A stretch of 64,000 bases of DNA from Anaerolineales bacterium (GCA_049644685.1 JBARSJ010000320.1:7916-71915), one strand, 5' to 3'. Positions 1 through 9,130 are shown, counted from the stretch's first letter. Notes: generated from the letters alone by a model not told the origin. Numbers and translations are program-made.

Positions 1-1
1 C

Positions 2-223
2 GACAGCGCGGGTTGGGAAGTAGGACCGGATGAAGATCTGGGTTATTGGACAACTTATGGCCCATGGTCACATGAGATCAAGATCGGGGAAGCAGATACA
101 ATAGTTAATACTGGCATAATTCCTTTCACTTCACACGAAATCGTGTTAGAGGCACTTTGTGAACGATGCCATTTCTCTGAGAATCCATGGGATCTGGAAG
201 ATAACGTGGAAACTCCCAAATGA
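2..223 (+). CDS. C-terminal fragment of an unidentified protein (truncated by window edge)
   Basis: Frame open from the window edge to TGA at 221-223 (...NTGIIPFTSHEIVLEALCERCHFSENPWDLEDNVETPK*). No family recognised. Confidence 0.3.
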   Translation, partial: DSAGWEVGPDEDLGYWTTYGPWSHEIKIGEADTIVNTGIIPFTSHEIVLEALCERCHFSENPWDLEDNVETPK

Positions 224-257
224 ATTTTAAATCAATTCTTTAGACTGGAGATATAAA

Positions 258-941
258 ATGAAAGGGTCGTCAAAAATACTAAAGGTATTGGCAATAATAT
301 TATTAGGCATGACAGCCGCCATGAACTTACTGGGAGGTGCAGGAACATATTGCGCTGCATTCTCAAATAATGTAGGCTACCGAATGGCTTTTAAGGCAAT
401 AATGGATTACCGTTGGCTTTATCAGATAGTGATGGTTACAACCATCTTTACAGGCATCGCAGGGGTTATGGCTCTAATGAAGCTGCTCAAAGGAAAACCA
501 GGGGTTTACCGGTTCACAATGATAGTTCTGGGGATTGGGACTGTCCTGGGAGGAACACAATTCTTTGCCTCTCTGACATTAAGAGGAGCTGCCACGCCTG
601 CCAACGTAAAATTCTTTACCAATCTGGTCACGCTGGTCTACTTCTTAATCCTCGGATTACCAGGGATTAAAGATAAGGTTGATTTTTCCAACCCTTCTGA
701 TAAATCTGAGATGAACTCTGCCGGTGGATTGGTTGCATTTTTAGCAGGCATCACAACCTTGACCATTTTCTCTTGGGCAGGACCTTCTCATACCTTTTTC
801 GGTGAAAACTGGGTGTTTGTCTTTGAAATACCTCTTCTGGTTGTCGGTACAACCCTGATCGTCGGAGGATTTTTAACTGTGCTGCGGGAGATGATAAATT
901 ATTATTCACAACAGGACACAACCCAAGAACAAAAGATTTAA
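258..941 (+). CDS. Polytopic membrane protein, unknown function
   Basis: 227-aa ORF with about 6 hydrophobic helices. GGAG lies 8 nt upstream of the ATG. No family recognised. Confidence 0.6.
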   Translation: MKGSSKILKVLAIILLGMTAAMNLLGGAGTYCAAFSNNVGYRMAFKAIMDYRWLYQIVMVTTIFTGIAGVMALMKLLKGKPGVYRFTMIVLGIGTVLGGTQFFASLTLRGAATPANVKFFTNLVTLVYFLILGLPGIKDKVDFSNPSDKSEMNSAGGLVAFLAGITTLTIFSWAGPSHTFFGENWVFVFEIPLLVVGTTLIVGGFLTVLREMINYYSQQDTTQEQKI

Positions 942-1227
942 GAGAAATGAGTAATCTTCTTGACTGCTGCCATGATTGAGAAAAAGCGGCTTATTGCCAG
1001 AACTCAATGCCAGACATCAAGATAATAACAGGATTGATTTTCTAATTAAACAGCCGAAGCTGTTTGAAATGAGATTTCCGAAGGGAAAAAAATTTCAAAG
1101 ATTAGGGCCAATCCTGTTTGATTTTAAATGGCAAATGAGCGCTCTCGACTATAACCTTGTCTGTCAGCTCGCCATTTGACACTTCTTTAAAAAAAATGAA
1201 TTGTGATTACTCTGGGACGTATATAAA

Positions 1228-1264
1228 AAGCAATGATAGGTATGCAACCTGCCTATCATTGCTT
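1228..1264. terminator. Hairpin between convergent genes (possible bidirectional terminator)
   Basis: 13-bp perfect stem AAGCAATGATAGG / CCTATCATTGCTT with an 11-nt loop, an A-run before and a T-rich tail after. It lies between 258-941(+) and 1333-1956(-). Confidence 0.5.
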
Positions 1265-1332
1265 CTTTAATTATGAGGAGAGCAGGGTTGAGGGGGATTG
1301 TTCTTATTTTTATTGAACAGCCCCGGGTAAAT

Positions 1333-1956
1333 TTATTCCGCCGTGAGGTCTTTCACAAAACCCCAGGTGAAAGCCAGGGTCATTAACAGCAGCAGCGGTG
1401 CCAGGATTGTATATACAAGGTCAGCGCTGAAGAACAATAGCTGCTTGTCGGCCACGATAAATGCCAGGGCAATTCCACCGACACCAATTAACAATCCGCC
1501 GATACCCACTAAACCAAAACCTTTGGGAGCATCTTTGGTGACGATGCATTTATAAAGCGGCAGGCTGAAGATGATCAGCCCGGCTACGCCGTGGAACACG
1601 GGTACGGCAATGCTTTTTAAGGACATGCCACCAATGCTGGTCACGGCGATTGCCAGCAATCCAACCAGGGAGAACCAGGAATATGCCTTTTTATAATCAG
1701 GCACAAATTGGTGAATTAACCCCATAGATATCCCCAGCGGGATTAAGGTTGCTACGGTGAGCACGAGGGGTTCATCCAGGATATCCCAGCCGAAGAAAAT
1801 CAATAACAGGCCGGAGACCAGCAATACCACAAATCCCATCATGTAATAAATATCATGGCGGGCCTTTTCTTTACTGTACCTGGTGTAGAATCGCCAGATC
1901 AGGTAAATGGCCGTCAGGCCGGTCAGGAGGAGGATCAAACGATCAAATAAGGTCAT
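1333..1956 (-). CDS. Polytopic membrane protein, unknown function
   Basis: 207-aa ORF, about 6 TM helices. GGAG lies upstream of the ATG on the minus strand. Confidence 0.65.
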   Translation of the reverse strand: MTLFDRLILLLTGLTAIYLIWRFYTRYSKEKARHDIYYMMGFVVLLVSGLLLIFFGWDILDEPLVLTVATLIPLGISMGLIHQFVPDYKKAYSWFSLVGLLAIAVTSIGGMSLKSIAVPVFHGVAGLIIFSLPLYKCIVTKDAPKGFGLVGIGGLLIGVGGIALAFIVADKQLLFFSADLVYTILAPLLLLMTLAFTWGFVKDLTAE

Positions 1957-2321
1957 GGTAAAACTCCTTTATAAAATATGATGATAATAAACAAAGACCA
2001 AATACTGCAGAAAAGTTAATTACCTCGCTGCGTCTATTAATTATTATTCAGGAACCCCTTAATGTCTGTGATTTAAGTTACAAGGATGGCAGCAAGAGGA
2101 AATAAATTTTCAATATTAAGTATATCATCAGAAGCTCATATGTTGTGCCTCGACGCGGAATAAAAGGAAACCATTTTTCTTTTATGCCCCCAAAACCTCA
2201 CAAAACTCCCCCATAATCTTCACAATTTATTAATATGTATTTGATATGATTTTGCATTAATGATGAACTCCCCCGCTTTTAAAGTTGATTATCAGGGCGG
2301 GGGAGAAAGGGAGATTTATTA

Positions 2322-2972
2322 ATGGAGAAAAAAAGAGTTGTATCAATTCAGACCCGGAACAATTTAATCTTGGACAGCTTATTATTTGTCTCAGGGCTAA
2401 TCACCGCGATTTCAGGAATTTATTTCCTGTTTTTACCTGTTGCTGGCTATCAAGGAGGAAGAAACCCGTTGTATGGCGTAACGATTTTCTTTGAACGCCA
2501 CGCCTGGAGCGATATCCATATTTGGGCCAGCGTTGCGATCATGCTCTTTGCTGCCTTGCATATTCCTCTCCACTGGCAGTGGATTATAAACATGACCAAG
2601 AGTGGAATAAAAACTGTTTTTGGGAAGAGTAGATTAAATAAATACAGCCAATTTAACCTGGGGATCAACATCCTGATTGGTTTAAGCGGCTTGATCTGCG
2701 GGATCAGCGGGTTGTATTTCCTGCTGGTGCCTGGAGCATTCCATAACTCGATTGTCCCCGATCCGATGTGGTTGTTTACCAGCATCACCTGGGATTTAAT
2801 TCATACCTGGAGTGGGGTAGCAGCCATTGCGGCAATTACGCTGCACTTCTATATCCATTGGAAATGGGTTTATAAGGTTATCCGGAAATACGGGCAAGCC
2901 TTCGGAAAGAATCTGAAAGGCAACCCGGCAAATCAACCTGTAAGCGCACAGCAGGCTTATTCAAGAAAATAG
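2322..2972 (+). CDS. DUF4405-like membrane protein (internally duplicated, His-rich helices; possible b-type haem binder)
   Basis: 216 aa. Two internal repeats each read SG[IL]YFL..P ... W.D[IL]IH.W..VA...LH...HW.W. I associate this pattern with DUF4405/cytochrome-b-like proteins; the assignment is from memory. Confidence 0.6.
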   Translation: MEKKRVVSIQTRNNLILDSLLFVSGLITAISGIYFLFLPVAGYQGGRNPLYGVTIFFERHAWSDIHIWASVAIMLFAALHIPLHWQWIINMTKSGIKTVFGKSRLNKYSQFNLGINILIGLSGLICGISGLYFLLVPGAFHNSIVPDPMWLFTSITWDLIHTWSGVAAIAAITLHFYIHWKWVYKVIRKYGQAFGKNLKGNPANQPVSAQQAYSRK

Positions 2973-3006
2973 TAACAGGGCTTAATAGCCCCTTAAGGGA
3001 GAAAGA

Positions 3007-3522
3007 ATGTTTAAGAAAATTATCCTCTGGACGCTCTACGCAGGGCTTACAGGTATTTTAATCTTTGGTGCAGTCAATCGCACCTCCGCCAAAATTGGAG
3101 AAGTAGTTCCTAGAGAAAATGCAGACCTGGTTAATTATCAATCCTGGGGAGGGCAGGGAAGAGGACAAGGAGACAATGGCAGCGGTCAGTACCTGACCGG
3201 CGATGACCATGAAGATTCTGCGCTGGGAGAAAATGAAGACCACGTTTGGGCTTCATTTACCGGCGCGATCTTTTCCTTTTCCACTGAAGAAATGCAGGTA
3301 GTAATGGACATTGGAGAAACTATAAATGTTGCTGACCGCGCCTGGAGATTTGCCCTGGAGCAGGGATTTGATCCCCGCTCCGGAGATCTGGTTGTGCTGC
3401 GAGGTTTCTTTGAAGAAGGTGTGTTTGAAATGGCAGAGATAAACAATCTCAGCACTGGACAGGTCGTGGTTATCAGAGATGAATTCGGCCGTCCTCTCTG
3501 GGCAGGTAATAGCACTCATTAG
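3007..3522 (+). CDS. Signal-anchored extracytoplasmic protein, unknown function
   Basis: 171 aa with an N-terminal hydrophobic anchor, a Gly/Asp-rich spacer and a C-terminal beta-rich module (...VLRGFFEEGVFEMAEINNLSTGQVVVIRDEFGRPLWAG). It starts 34 nt downstream of 2322-2972 and is probably co-transcribed. Confidence 0.55.
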   Translation: MFKKIILWTLYAGLTGILIFGAVNRTSAKIGEVVPRENADLVNYQSWGGQGRGQGDNGSGQYLTGDDHEDSALGENEDHVWASFTGAIFSFSTEEMQVVMDIGETINVADRAWRFALEQGFDPRSGDLVVLRGFFEEGVFEMAEINNLSTGQVVVIRDEFGRPLWAGNSTH

Positions 3523-3597
3523 GTTTGGAGCATTCCAAAGAAGATGGGACCATTCAGGTTCCATCTTTATATTTAATTTCTCTATTTCAGGATCGTT

Positions 3598-4440
3598 TTA
3601 CCCCAACTTGAGTTCCAGGGTGTCTTGAATGGCGCAGGTTTCCAGGCACTCCAGACATTGAATACACTCGGCGCTGCTTAAATTCTCGGGGACATTCTGA
3701 ATTCCCATCGGACACTCAGTATCACAGCGGCCGCAGGTTGTGCAGCTGCTTTGGTTGATCACCAGGCGCAGGGGAGCGATTTTATTAAATATCGTCAGGA
3801 CAGCCCCAAGCGGGCAAAGGTATTTACACCAGAAGAGCCTGTTAAGCATGGACGTGGCGATGAATACAATCAAAACGCTGATTAACAGCGGAGTGGTTAA
3901 TTGAAAACTGAACAGTGCTCTGGCAGGACAAATATCATGCAGCGGAGGATAAAGATACCAGGTGCTTGCCAACAGGATGATTGTCAGAATCAAATATTTT
4001 AAAGACCGGAGCCAGGGATCTAATTTTGGAGGGAGTTGTACGGGATACCTGGACCTGCTCTTTTTTCCACGGATGTGTTTTTTTTCTCCGGTTAATCGGC
4101 GAGTTAATCCAGTTAGAAGATCCTGCAGGGTTCCCACTGGGCACATCCAACCGCAGAATGCCCTCCCTGCAAGCAGGGAAACGCCCAGAACACCGAGCAA
4201 TATGGAAAAATTCAGCAGATTGGTGGTTATCATTGTTTGCCCGGTCGTTAGATATAGCCAGAGAGTTTCAATTCCGCCAAGGGGGCAGAAGGCATCAAAG
4301 GCGCCGCCTTTGGATGATTCTCCCGGCATGAGATGACGAAGACCGATCAAAAAAGTGGCCACCAGAAAAACAATTTGAATGATAGTGCGCACAGAAGGAG
4401 AAGGGCTCTTTTCAGGCAGGTTTACTGGATGAGATTTCAT
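3598..4440 (-). CDS. NapH/MauN/NosR-type membrane-bound 4Fe-4S ferredoxin-like protein
   Basis: 280 aa. TM helices carry two CX3CP motifs (CGWMCPVG, CKYLCPLG). The C-terminus has two ferredoxin motifs (CTTCGRCDTECP, CIQCLECLETC). Confidence 0.8.
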   Translation of the reverse strand: MKSHPVNLPEKSPSPSVRTIIQIVFLVATFLIGLRHLMPGESSKGGAFDAFCPLGGIETLWLYLTTGQTMITTNLLNFSILLGVLGVSLLAGRAFCGWMCPVGTLQDLLTGLTRRLTGEKKHIRGKKSRSRYPVQLPPKLDPWLRSLKYLILTIILLASTWYLYPPLHDICPARALFSFQLTTPLLISVLIVFIATSMLNRLFWCKYLCPLGAVLTIFNKIAPLRLVINQSSCTTCGRCDTECPMGIQNVPENLSSAECIQCLECLETCAIQDTLELKLG

Positions 4441-4533
4441 TGATGTCGATTACCTTTTAAGGAGTGCCCCAAGGGATCAGTTTGGACATTGCTTAAGCAT
4501 GTGCCCATCCTGATCCCGCAGGGAAGGAGAGAA

Positions 4534-4704
4534 TCAGATGTTTTTTCCGAAATGCGCGGAAGTAAATTCGACCTGGGACGGGAAGAGCCCGTGCTCCTCA
4601 CCGCCGCTGTGTCCAGGAAGAAATCCGAGCACAAACCCGAGTATAGTAAATAGCACCAGAGTTGTGATAATGATCACCGGATATTGATCAGGTTTTATCT
4701 TCAT
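4534..4704 (-). CDS. Possible small single-TM protein (56 aa, below the ORF-track cutoff)
   Basis: Hand translation gives MKIKPDQYPVIIITTLVLFTILGFVLGFLPGHSGGEEHGLFPSQVEFTSAHFGKNI*. It sits between two same-strand membrane genes. No clear SD, so weak. Confidence 0.25.
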   Translation of the reverse strand: MKIKPDQYPVIIITTLVLFTILGFVLGFLPGHSGGEEHGLFPSQVEFTSAHFGKNI

Positions 4705-4727
4705 GTGTTTTTGTCAGTTCAATAATC

Positions 4728-5531
4728 TTATGCTTCTGTTTCTATCCAATCATTAATCAATTTTTGTGTATTGGGAAGCAGGATGACTACCAGAAGAACA
4801 GCACTCAATAGCGGACCAGGGAGGAACATCGAGAAGCGGCCCAACCGAACTACGTCGGTTAATCCCACCGGCAGTCCTCCAAAAACAGCTAAGGAGGAGG
4901 CGAAAATACCAATCGGAATGGTCCAGGTTTTCCCTTTTACCAGGGCATAAATGAATACTGCCCAAGCGGCAGCAGCCCACCAGGTCACCACCAATCCCAT
5001 GGCGTACATACCAATCGGGAAACTTTCTTTAACGGTTTGATAACGTGAGATAGCGCCAACGCCATCAATGAAGATCATCACATATGCCAGGCCGCTTACG
5101 AAGGCAAGGGTGATGATTTTATTCTTTACTCCGCCGATGAAGAGCATCCCAAACCAGAGCACAAAGGCGATCAAAAAGACCCAAATGGTTGGTGTTGGCA
5201 TTCCGATGCTGGCGGGTGGAATCATAGGGAAGAAACCGGCCAGGAGCTGCATTGTGCCAGCGACTACACCTAGAGACCAAGACCACTCTTTTTTGTTGAG
5301 AAAACCGAACAGTACAACTACCCAGATAGCGCCGCCAGTCATGCCGATCCACCCCATCAAGGCGTGAACAATCCTGACTGTGATCGCCTCGTCAGGTCGA
5401 CCATCCAGGATTTTCCCCTCAACGACGGGCATATAGGTAACGGCTATCAGGTATAGAACTAGAAAGCCGACCAGAATACCTATAACAGCCAGGGCAGAGC
5501 CCAGCTTATGGTTGTTTTTCAAAGATTTCAT
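4728..5531 (-). CDS. Polytopic membrane protein, unknown function (paralog of 5640-6485)
   Basis: 267 aa, about 8 TM helices. Collinear weak similarity to the neighbouring ORF (KKEWSWSLG vs KGTEWTYPLA; ALVKGKTW vs AVGKRKGW). Confidence 0.65.
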   Translation of the reverse strand: MKSLKNNHKLGSALAVIGILVGFLVLYLIAVTYMPVVEGKILDGRPDEAITVRIVHALMGWIGMTGGAIWVVVLFGFLNKKEWSWSLGVVAGTMQLLAGFFPMIPPASIGMPTPTIWVFLIAFVLWFGMLFIGGVKNKIITLAFVSGLAYVMIFIDGVGAISRYQTVKESFPIGMYAMGLVVTWWAAAAWAVFIYALVKGKTWTIPIGIFASSLAVFGGLPVGLTDVVRLGRFSMFLPGPLLSAVLLVVILLPNTQKLINDWIETEA

Positions 5532-5639
5532 AGATAACTCTCCTTGTTTGATATTGGAAACATTGGAAAAGAGACGCAGCTTGAACCTGAGTATGACAGG
5601 GAAAGCTGCGTCCTTTATTATCCAATGACCCTATTATGA

Positions 5640-6485
5640 TTACTCAGAGACATTCTCGTCTTTGAGCAGGTGTTTTTTGAAGTATGGAACCAGTGTAAAT
5701 ACCAGGACACCGAGAGCCAAGAGTGCACCGTAGAGATAATCCAAAGTTTTGGTGCGGATGAACTGGGTGGGTACATTGATCATCAGGATAGCGATTGAAC
5801 CAGTAACGGCTAACCACCACCCCTTGCGCTTGCCGACAGCCAATAAGGGGATCGCGGCGAATATCAACAAGACTGCAACCCAGTTGGCTTCCCCGGCCCA
5901 ATTGAACAGCCACCAGGTGAAATCCTTATAAAGGGGATGCCCAGGTCGGGTCCACATCGTGCGCTGGGCGCCAACACCGATGGTGAATGCATGGGTGGAC
6001 AACATACCCAGGAAGGTCAGGGCGCCGAGGCGGGTCAATTTTCTTATCAGCTCTGCCTTGGGCAGTAAAATAAAGCTGAAGTAACCTATCAGGCCAATCG
6101 CAGAGATGGTCAACGGCAGCGGGAAGCCGGGTACAAAGCTGACATAAGGCAAAAACATGAACATTCCTCCAATGGAGGGGATGGCAAAGAGAGTTATAGC
6201 CAAGGGGTAAGTCCATTCTGTGCCTTTCTTGATTTCTTGTGAGATAACGATTAAAGCGGCTCCGGCGACAAAGATCAATGCCCGCCATACCGGGTAGAAG
6301 AAATCAAACAATTTCAGACCGCTGGTAAATGTCGGGTTTCCTGCATCAATGTGAGCCATAAGATGGACAAGCACCCGTTCTAGAGAAGTTTGGGTCAGGA
6401 ACGGAATCAGATATGCCATCAGTAGACCGATAACGATTGCAATAATTGACATGACGGTGCGGTTCTTTTGGGGAGTTTCTTGCAT
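5640..6485 (-). CDS. Polytopic membrane protein, unknown function (paralog of 4728-5531)
   Basis: 281 aa, about 8 TM helices. GGAGG lies upstream of the ATG on the minus strand. Confidence 0.65.
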   Translation of the reverse strand: MQETPQKNRTVMSIIAIVIGLLMAYLIPFLTQTSLERVLVHLMAHIDAGNPTFTSGLKLFDFFYPVWRALIFVAGAALIVISQEIKKGTEWTYPLAITLFAIPSIGGMFMFLPYVSFVPGFPLPLTISAIGLIGYFSFILLPKAELIRKLTRLGALTFLGMLSTHAFTIGVGAQRTMWTRPGHPLYKDFTWWLFNWAGEANWVAVLLIFAAIPLLAVGKRKGWWLAVTGSIAILMINVPTQFIRTKTLDYLYGALLALGVLVFTLVPYFKKHLLKDENVSE

Positions 6486-6770
6486 TATTTGCCTCCAAAG
6501 CTTTATGCATTAGAAATAGGATAAAAACTGAAGTACAGTCTAACCTCTTTGTGAAAAAAAGGCTTTGCTTTAACGCAAATTAAACTGAGGGATGAATGTT
6601 GATCTCTCAGGCGGAGATTTCTCTTGTGTTTAGCTAGAATCAGGCAGCGCACTTTAGTATAATTAGCAATAAGGACAAATAACTGGAATCCCTATTAATG
6701 TCCAAGCCCTGTCCCCCAGATGAGTGCCTGAAATGTTTCCTTGGAGCACTAAACACAAATATTAAAAGGA

Positions 6771-7457
6771 ATGACCCCCATGGATCTTGGTAAACGATTG
6801 TCTGAAAACCCTTTGTTTTCCGCTATGGACCCCGGGGAAGTCCAGCAAATGATGGATTTGGGCATCACCAGGGAGTACCCAAAGGGTCAATGGGTATCTC
6901 ATTACGGCTCTTCCTGGCCTTACTTGTTTCTGGTTGAGGAGGGTCAAATTACAGCTTTGAAGGAATCCCCGGGCGGAAGAAGCCTGGTGGTGATGATTTT
7001 GGAAGAAGGCGAGGTCTTCTGGGGGGTGGGTTTTTTCAAAGAAGGGATAGGCATGCCTGTTGCCCTCATCGCCGATCAAGAGAGTCGTATCCGGATCTGG
7101 ACACAGGATCGTCTGCTGCCTTTCTTATTAAACAACGGGAAATTTACCTGGGCTTTAGCTCAGTTAATGGTAGAGCGGATGCTCATAGCCAGCCAGATCC
7201 TGGAGGAATTGGCGTTCCAACCGGTTGCGGGAAGACTGGCACACCTGCTGTTGGAACAGTTCGAAGATCAGTCCGGAGACACTCTGACCAGAGACATGAC
7301 ACTGGACGATATGGCTGCCCGGATCGGTTCCACCCGGGAGATGGTTTGCCGCCACCTGTATCAGTTTGCAGATCGAGGAGCGATCCAAATCAATCGGACC
7401 GAGTTCAAGGTCACCGATCAGGATATGCTGCAGCACTTCGCCGGGAAAGGGAAATAA
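6771..7457 (+). CDS. Crp/Fnr-family transcriptional regulator
   Basis: 228 aa with an N-terminal cNMP-binding-like beta-roll and a C-terminal HTH (TLDDMAARIGSTREMVCRHLYQFADRGAI). No N-terminal Cys cluster of the Fnr type. Confidence 0.85.
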   Translation: MTPMDLGKRLSENPLFSAMDPGEVQQMMDLGITREYPKGQWVSHYGSSWPYLFLVEEGQITALKESPGGRSLVVMILEEGEVFWGVGFFKEGIGMPVALIADQESRIRIWTQDRLLPFLLNNGKFTWALAQLMVERMLIASQILEELAFQPVAGRLAHLLLEQFEDQSGDTLTRDMTLDDMAARIGSTREMVCRHLYQFADRGAIQINRTEFKVTDQDMLQHFAGKGK

Positions 7458-7458
7458 C

Positions 7459-8223
7459 TTACTCCGAATATTTTCCGGGTTTAAATGAACGAACTTGTTT
7501 GTAGGGTTTTACCTGGTCACCGACATTGTTCTTAAGGACCTGACCTGAAACATGCATCAGGGTGTCGTGGTTAAAATGGGGCAGCTTTTGCATACTTGCC
7601 AGGCAGGGATAGTGATGGTGCAGTAAACCGGCTTTCTCTTCGGCTTCATCTGCCGACAAACCAATTAATCCTTCAGCCGCGTATCTCGCACAACCGCAAA
7701 CAGCATCTCGGGTCACTTCAGCGGAGGTAATTGTCCGCGAATCCGGATCAATCTCCAGGGATAATATAGGTTGACCAAAATAGCGGGCAAACTCAGCGAT
7801 TAGCGGATTGTTATAGTCAGCTGTCTCATGCCGGGTTACGCCATAAGTGGTTTCAGTCAGCGAGCAGAGTGGTTTGGGCGTGACACAATCGACGCCAGCC
7901 TCTTCAAGCCAACCATGCAGTTGTCGATCGAGACCTCGAGGGAGCCAGAGTTCATCATCCACTGCGACCAGTACCGCTTGGGCTTTTGTCATTTTGGCAA
8001 TATCCGGAAGTAGTTCAGCCGCTCCTTTATGTTCCGCAAAGGAAAGGATTAAATCGGCAGGGGGAAGTTGATCGGGCAGGAAATCTTCTGGATCATCTAC
8101 GAAAGGGGGAAAACCCGGCGGGGTCTGCCAGGTTTCTATTTCCCAGGATTTTGGGCCAAAACTCCTAATATTCCGAACGTGTCTTTTCCCGTATTCACCA
8201 CTAATTACAGCTAATATTTTCAT
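7459..8223 (-). CDS. DUF166-like (COG1810-like) protein, unknown function
   Basis: MKILAVISGEYGKRH... with Cys/His motifs (CVTPKPLCSL, CGCARY, HHHYPC). Family assignment is from memory. I chose the ATG at 8223, which has a GGAG 8 nt upstream, over the track start at 8247. Confidence 0.5.
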   Translation of the reverse strand: MKILAVISGEYGKRHVRNIRSFGPKSWEIETWQTPPGFPPFVDDPEDFLPDQLPPADLILSFAEHKGAAELLPDIAKMTKAQAVLVAVDDELWLPRGLDRQLHGWLEEAGVDCVTPKPLCSLTETTYGVTRHETADYNNPLIAEFARYFGQPILSLEIDPDSRTITSAEVTRDAVCGCARYAAEGLIGLSADEAEEKAGLLHHHYPCLASMQKLPHFNHDTLMHVSGQVLKNNVGDQVKPYKQVRSFKPGKYSE

Positions 8224-8246
8224 TGAAACACTCCACTGAAAAACCA

Positions 8247-8573
8247 CTAATCATCTAATAATAAATACAACAGCATCAAAGTTTTTGTCTTTGCCTGGAC
8301 GCTGTGAGGAAGGCGAGGAGGAATCCGCACCCAGGTTCCCGCTTGAGCTGTTTTTTTGTCTTCTCCCAGGATCAACTGAGCTTCACCTTGAATAAAGTGA
8401 AGCAGCGCTGGGACAGCGGCAGTATGTTCTGATAGCTCCTGTCCAGGGTGAAATCCAAACAGAATTGTTTTTATCGAATCATCTTGGTAAATGGTCCTGC
8501 TGAGGATAGTGTCCGGGGGAAACGATTCAATCAACTCCTCGAGCTGTTCAAAATAGATAGTTTCTGAATTCAT
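8247..8573 (-). CDS. Cupin-domain protein
   Basis: 108 aa with cupin motifs (G.ELSEHTA......F.QGEA; WVRIPPRLPHSV). Confidence 0.7.
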   Translation of the reverse strand: MNSETIYFEQLEELIESFPPDTILSRTIYQDDSIKTILFGFHPGQELSEHTAAVPALLHFIQGEAQLILGEDKKTAQAGTWVRIPPRLPHSVQAKTKTLMLLYLLLDD

Positions 8574-8759
8574 AGAATATCCTTTGGGTCGTAGTCCGTG
8601 GGTTAGAAACCTTATCGAGATAGTGAGATGTGGTTAATGAGATCCTAAACAGATTTATTAACAACAGGCATATTGTACCCCAGGAGTGTACAAATACCGC
8701 CTAGTTAAAATTACATTGCGTATAATCAATAATCCGGTCGTCAACTCCTTCCTGCCCGC

Positions 8760-8788
8760 TTGATTTTATCAGTGGCTTTTTGTACAAT
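8760..8788 (+). promoter_or_regulatory. Sigma-70-like promoter for spoVS
   Basis: TTGATT-17 nt-TACAAT, about 65 nt upstream of the spoVS ATG. Confidence 0.4.
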
Positions 8789-8854
8789 GAAAAGCAACAA
8801 GTGAATATTTCAATGTTGTAAGACTAGCTTACGTCTTACCCCAGGGAGCTTGTC

Positions 8855-9130
8855 ATGGATACCGACAAAGTGGATATCATCAAGGTTTCAGCGACGTCCC
8901 GAACCTCAGCCGTAGCGGGGGCAATAGCAGGCATATTTCGTGAGCGCCAGTTTGTAAATGTTCAGGCGATTGGTGCCAGCGCGGTCAACCAGGCGGTAAA
9001 AGCGCTAGCCTTAGCTCGTAATTATCTTGCCGAGGATGGATATGAGGTTGTCAGTTTTCCCGAATTTGTTGACGTGGAAATTGACGGAAACATTCGGACA
9101 GCGATTCGAATTAGTGTTTTTCCACGTTAG
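8855..9130 (+). CDS. spoVS: SpoVS-family protein
   Basis: 91 aa. KVSATSRTSAVAGAIAGIFRE...VQAIGASAVNQAVKALALAR...IDGNIRTAIRISVFPR matches Bacillus SpoVS end to end. Confidence 0.9.
   Translation: MDTDKVDIIKVSATSRTSAVAGAIAGIFRERQFVNVQAIGASAVNQAVKALALARNYLAEDGYEVVSFPEFVDVEIDGNIRTAIRISVFPR

Noticed and set aside
976-1179. 67-aa plus-strand ORF between two membrane genes.
   Set aside because: It has a TTG start and no SD, and the product is basic and non-descript. The region is better explained as 3' UTR leading to the hairpin at 1228-1264.
2037-2050. Dehalobox-like TTAAT-N4-ATTCA (CprK-type site) in the divergent promoter region near the Crp/Fnr-linked membrane cluster.
   Set aside because: It has one mismatch, lies in a very AT-rich stretch where such words arise by chance, and no reductive dehalogenase gene is present.
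4437-4634. 65-aa minus-strand ORF from the track.
   Set aside because: The product (MCSDFFLDTAAVRSTGSSRPRS...) looks non-coding. The overlapping 56-aa TM-peptide frame (4534-4704) is more plausible, though also weak.
6564-6579. Small inverted repeat TTTGC-N6-GCAAA upstream of the Crp/Fnr gene.
   Set aside because: The 5-bp arms are too short to be meaningful without conservation data.
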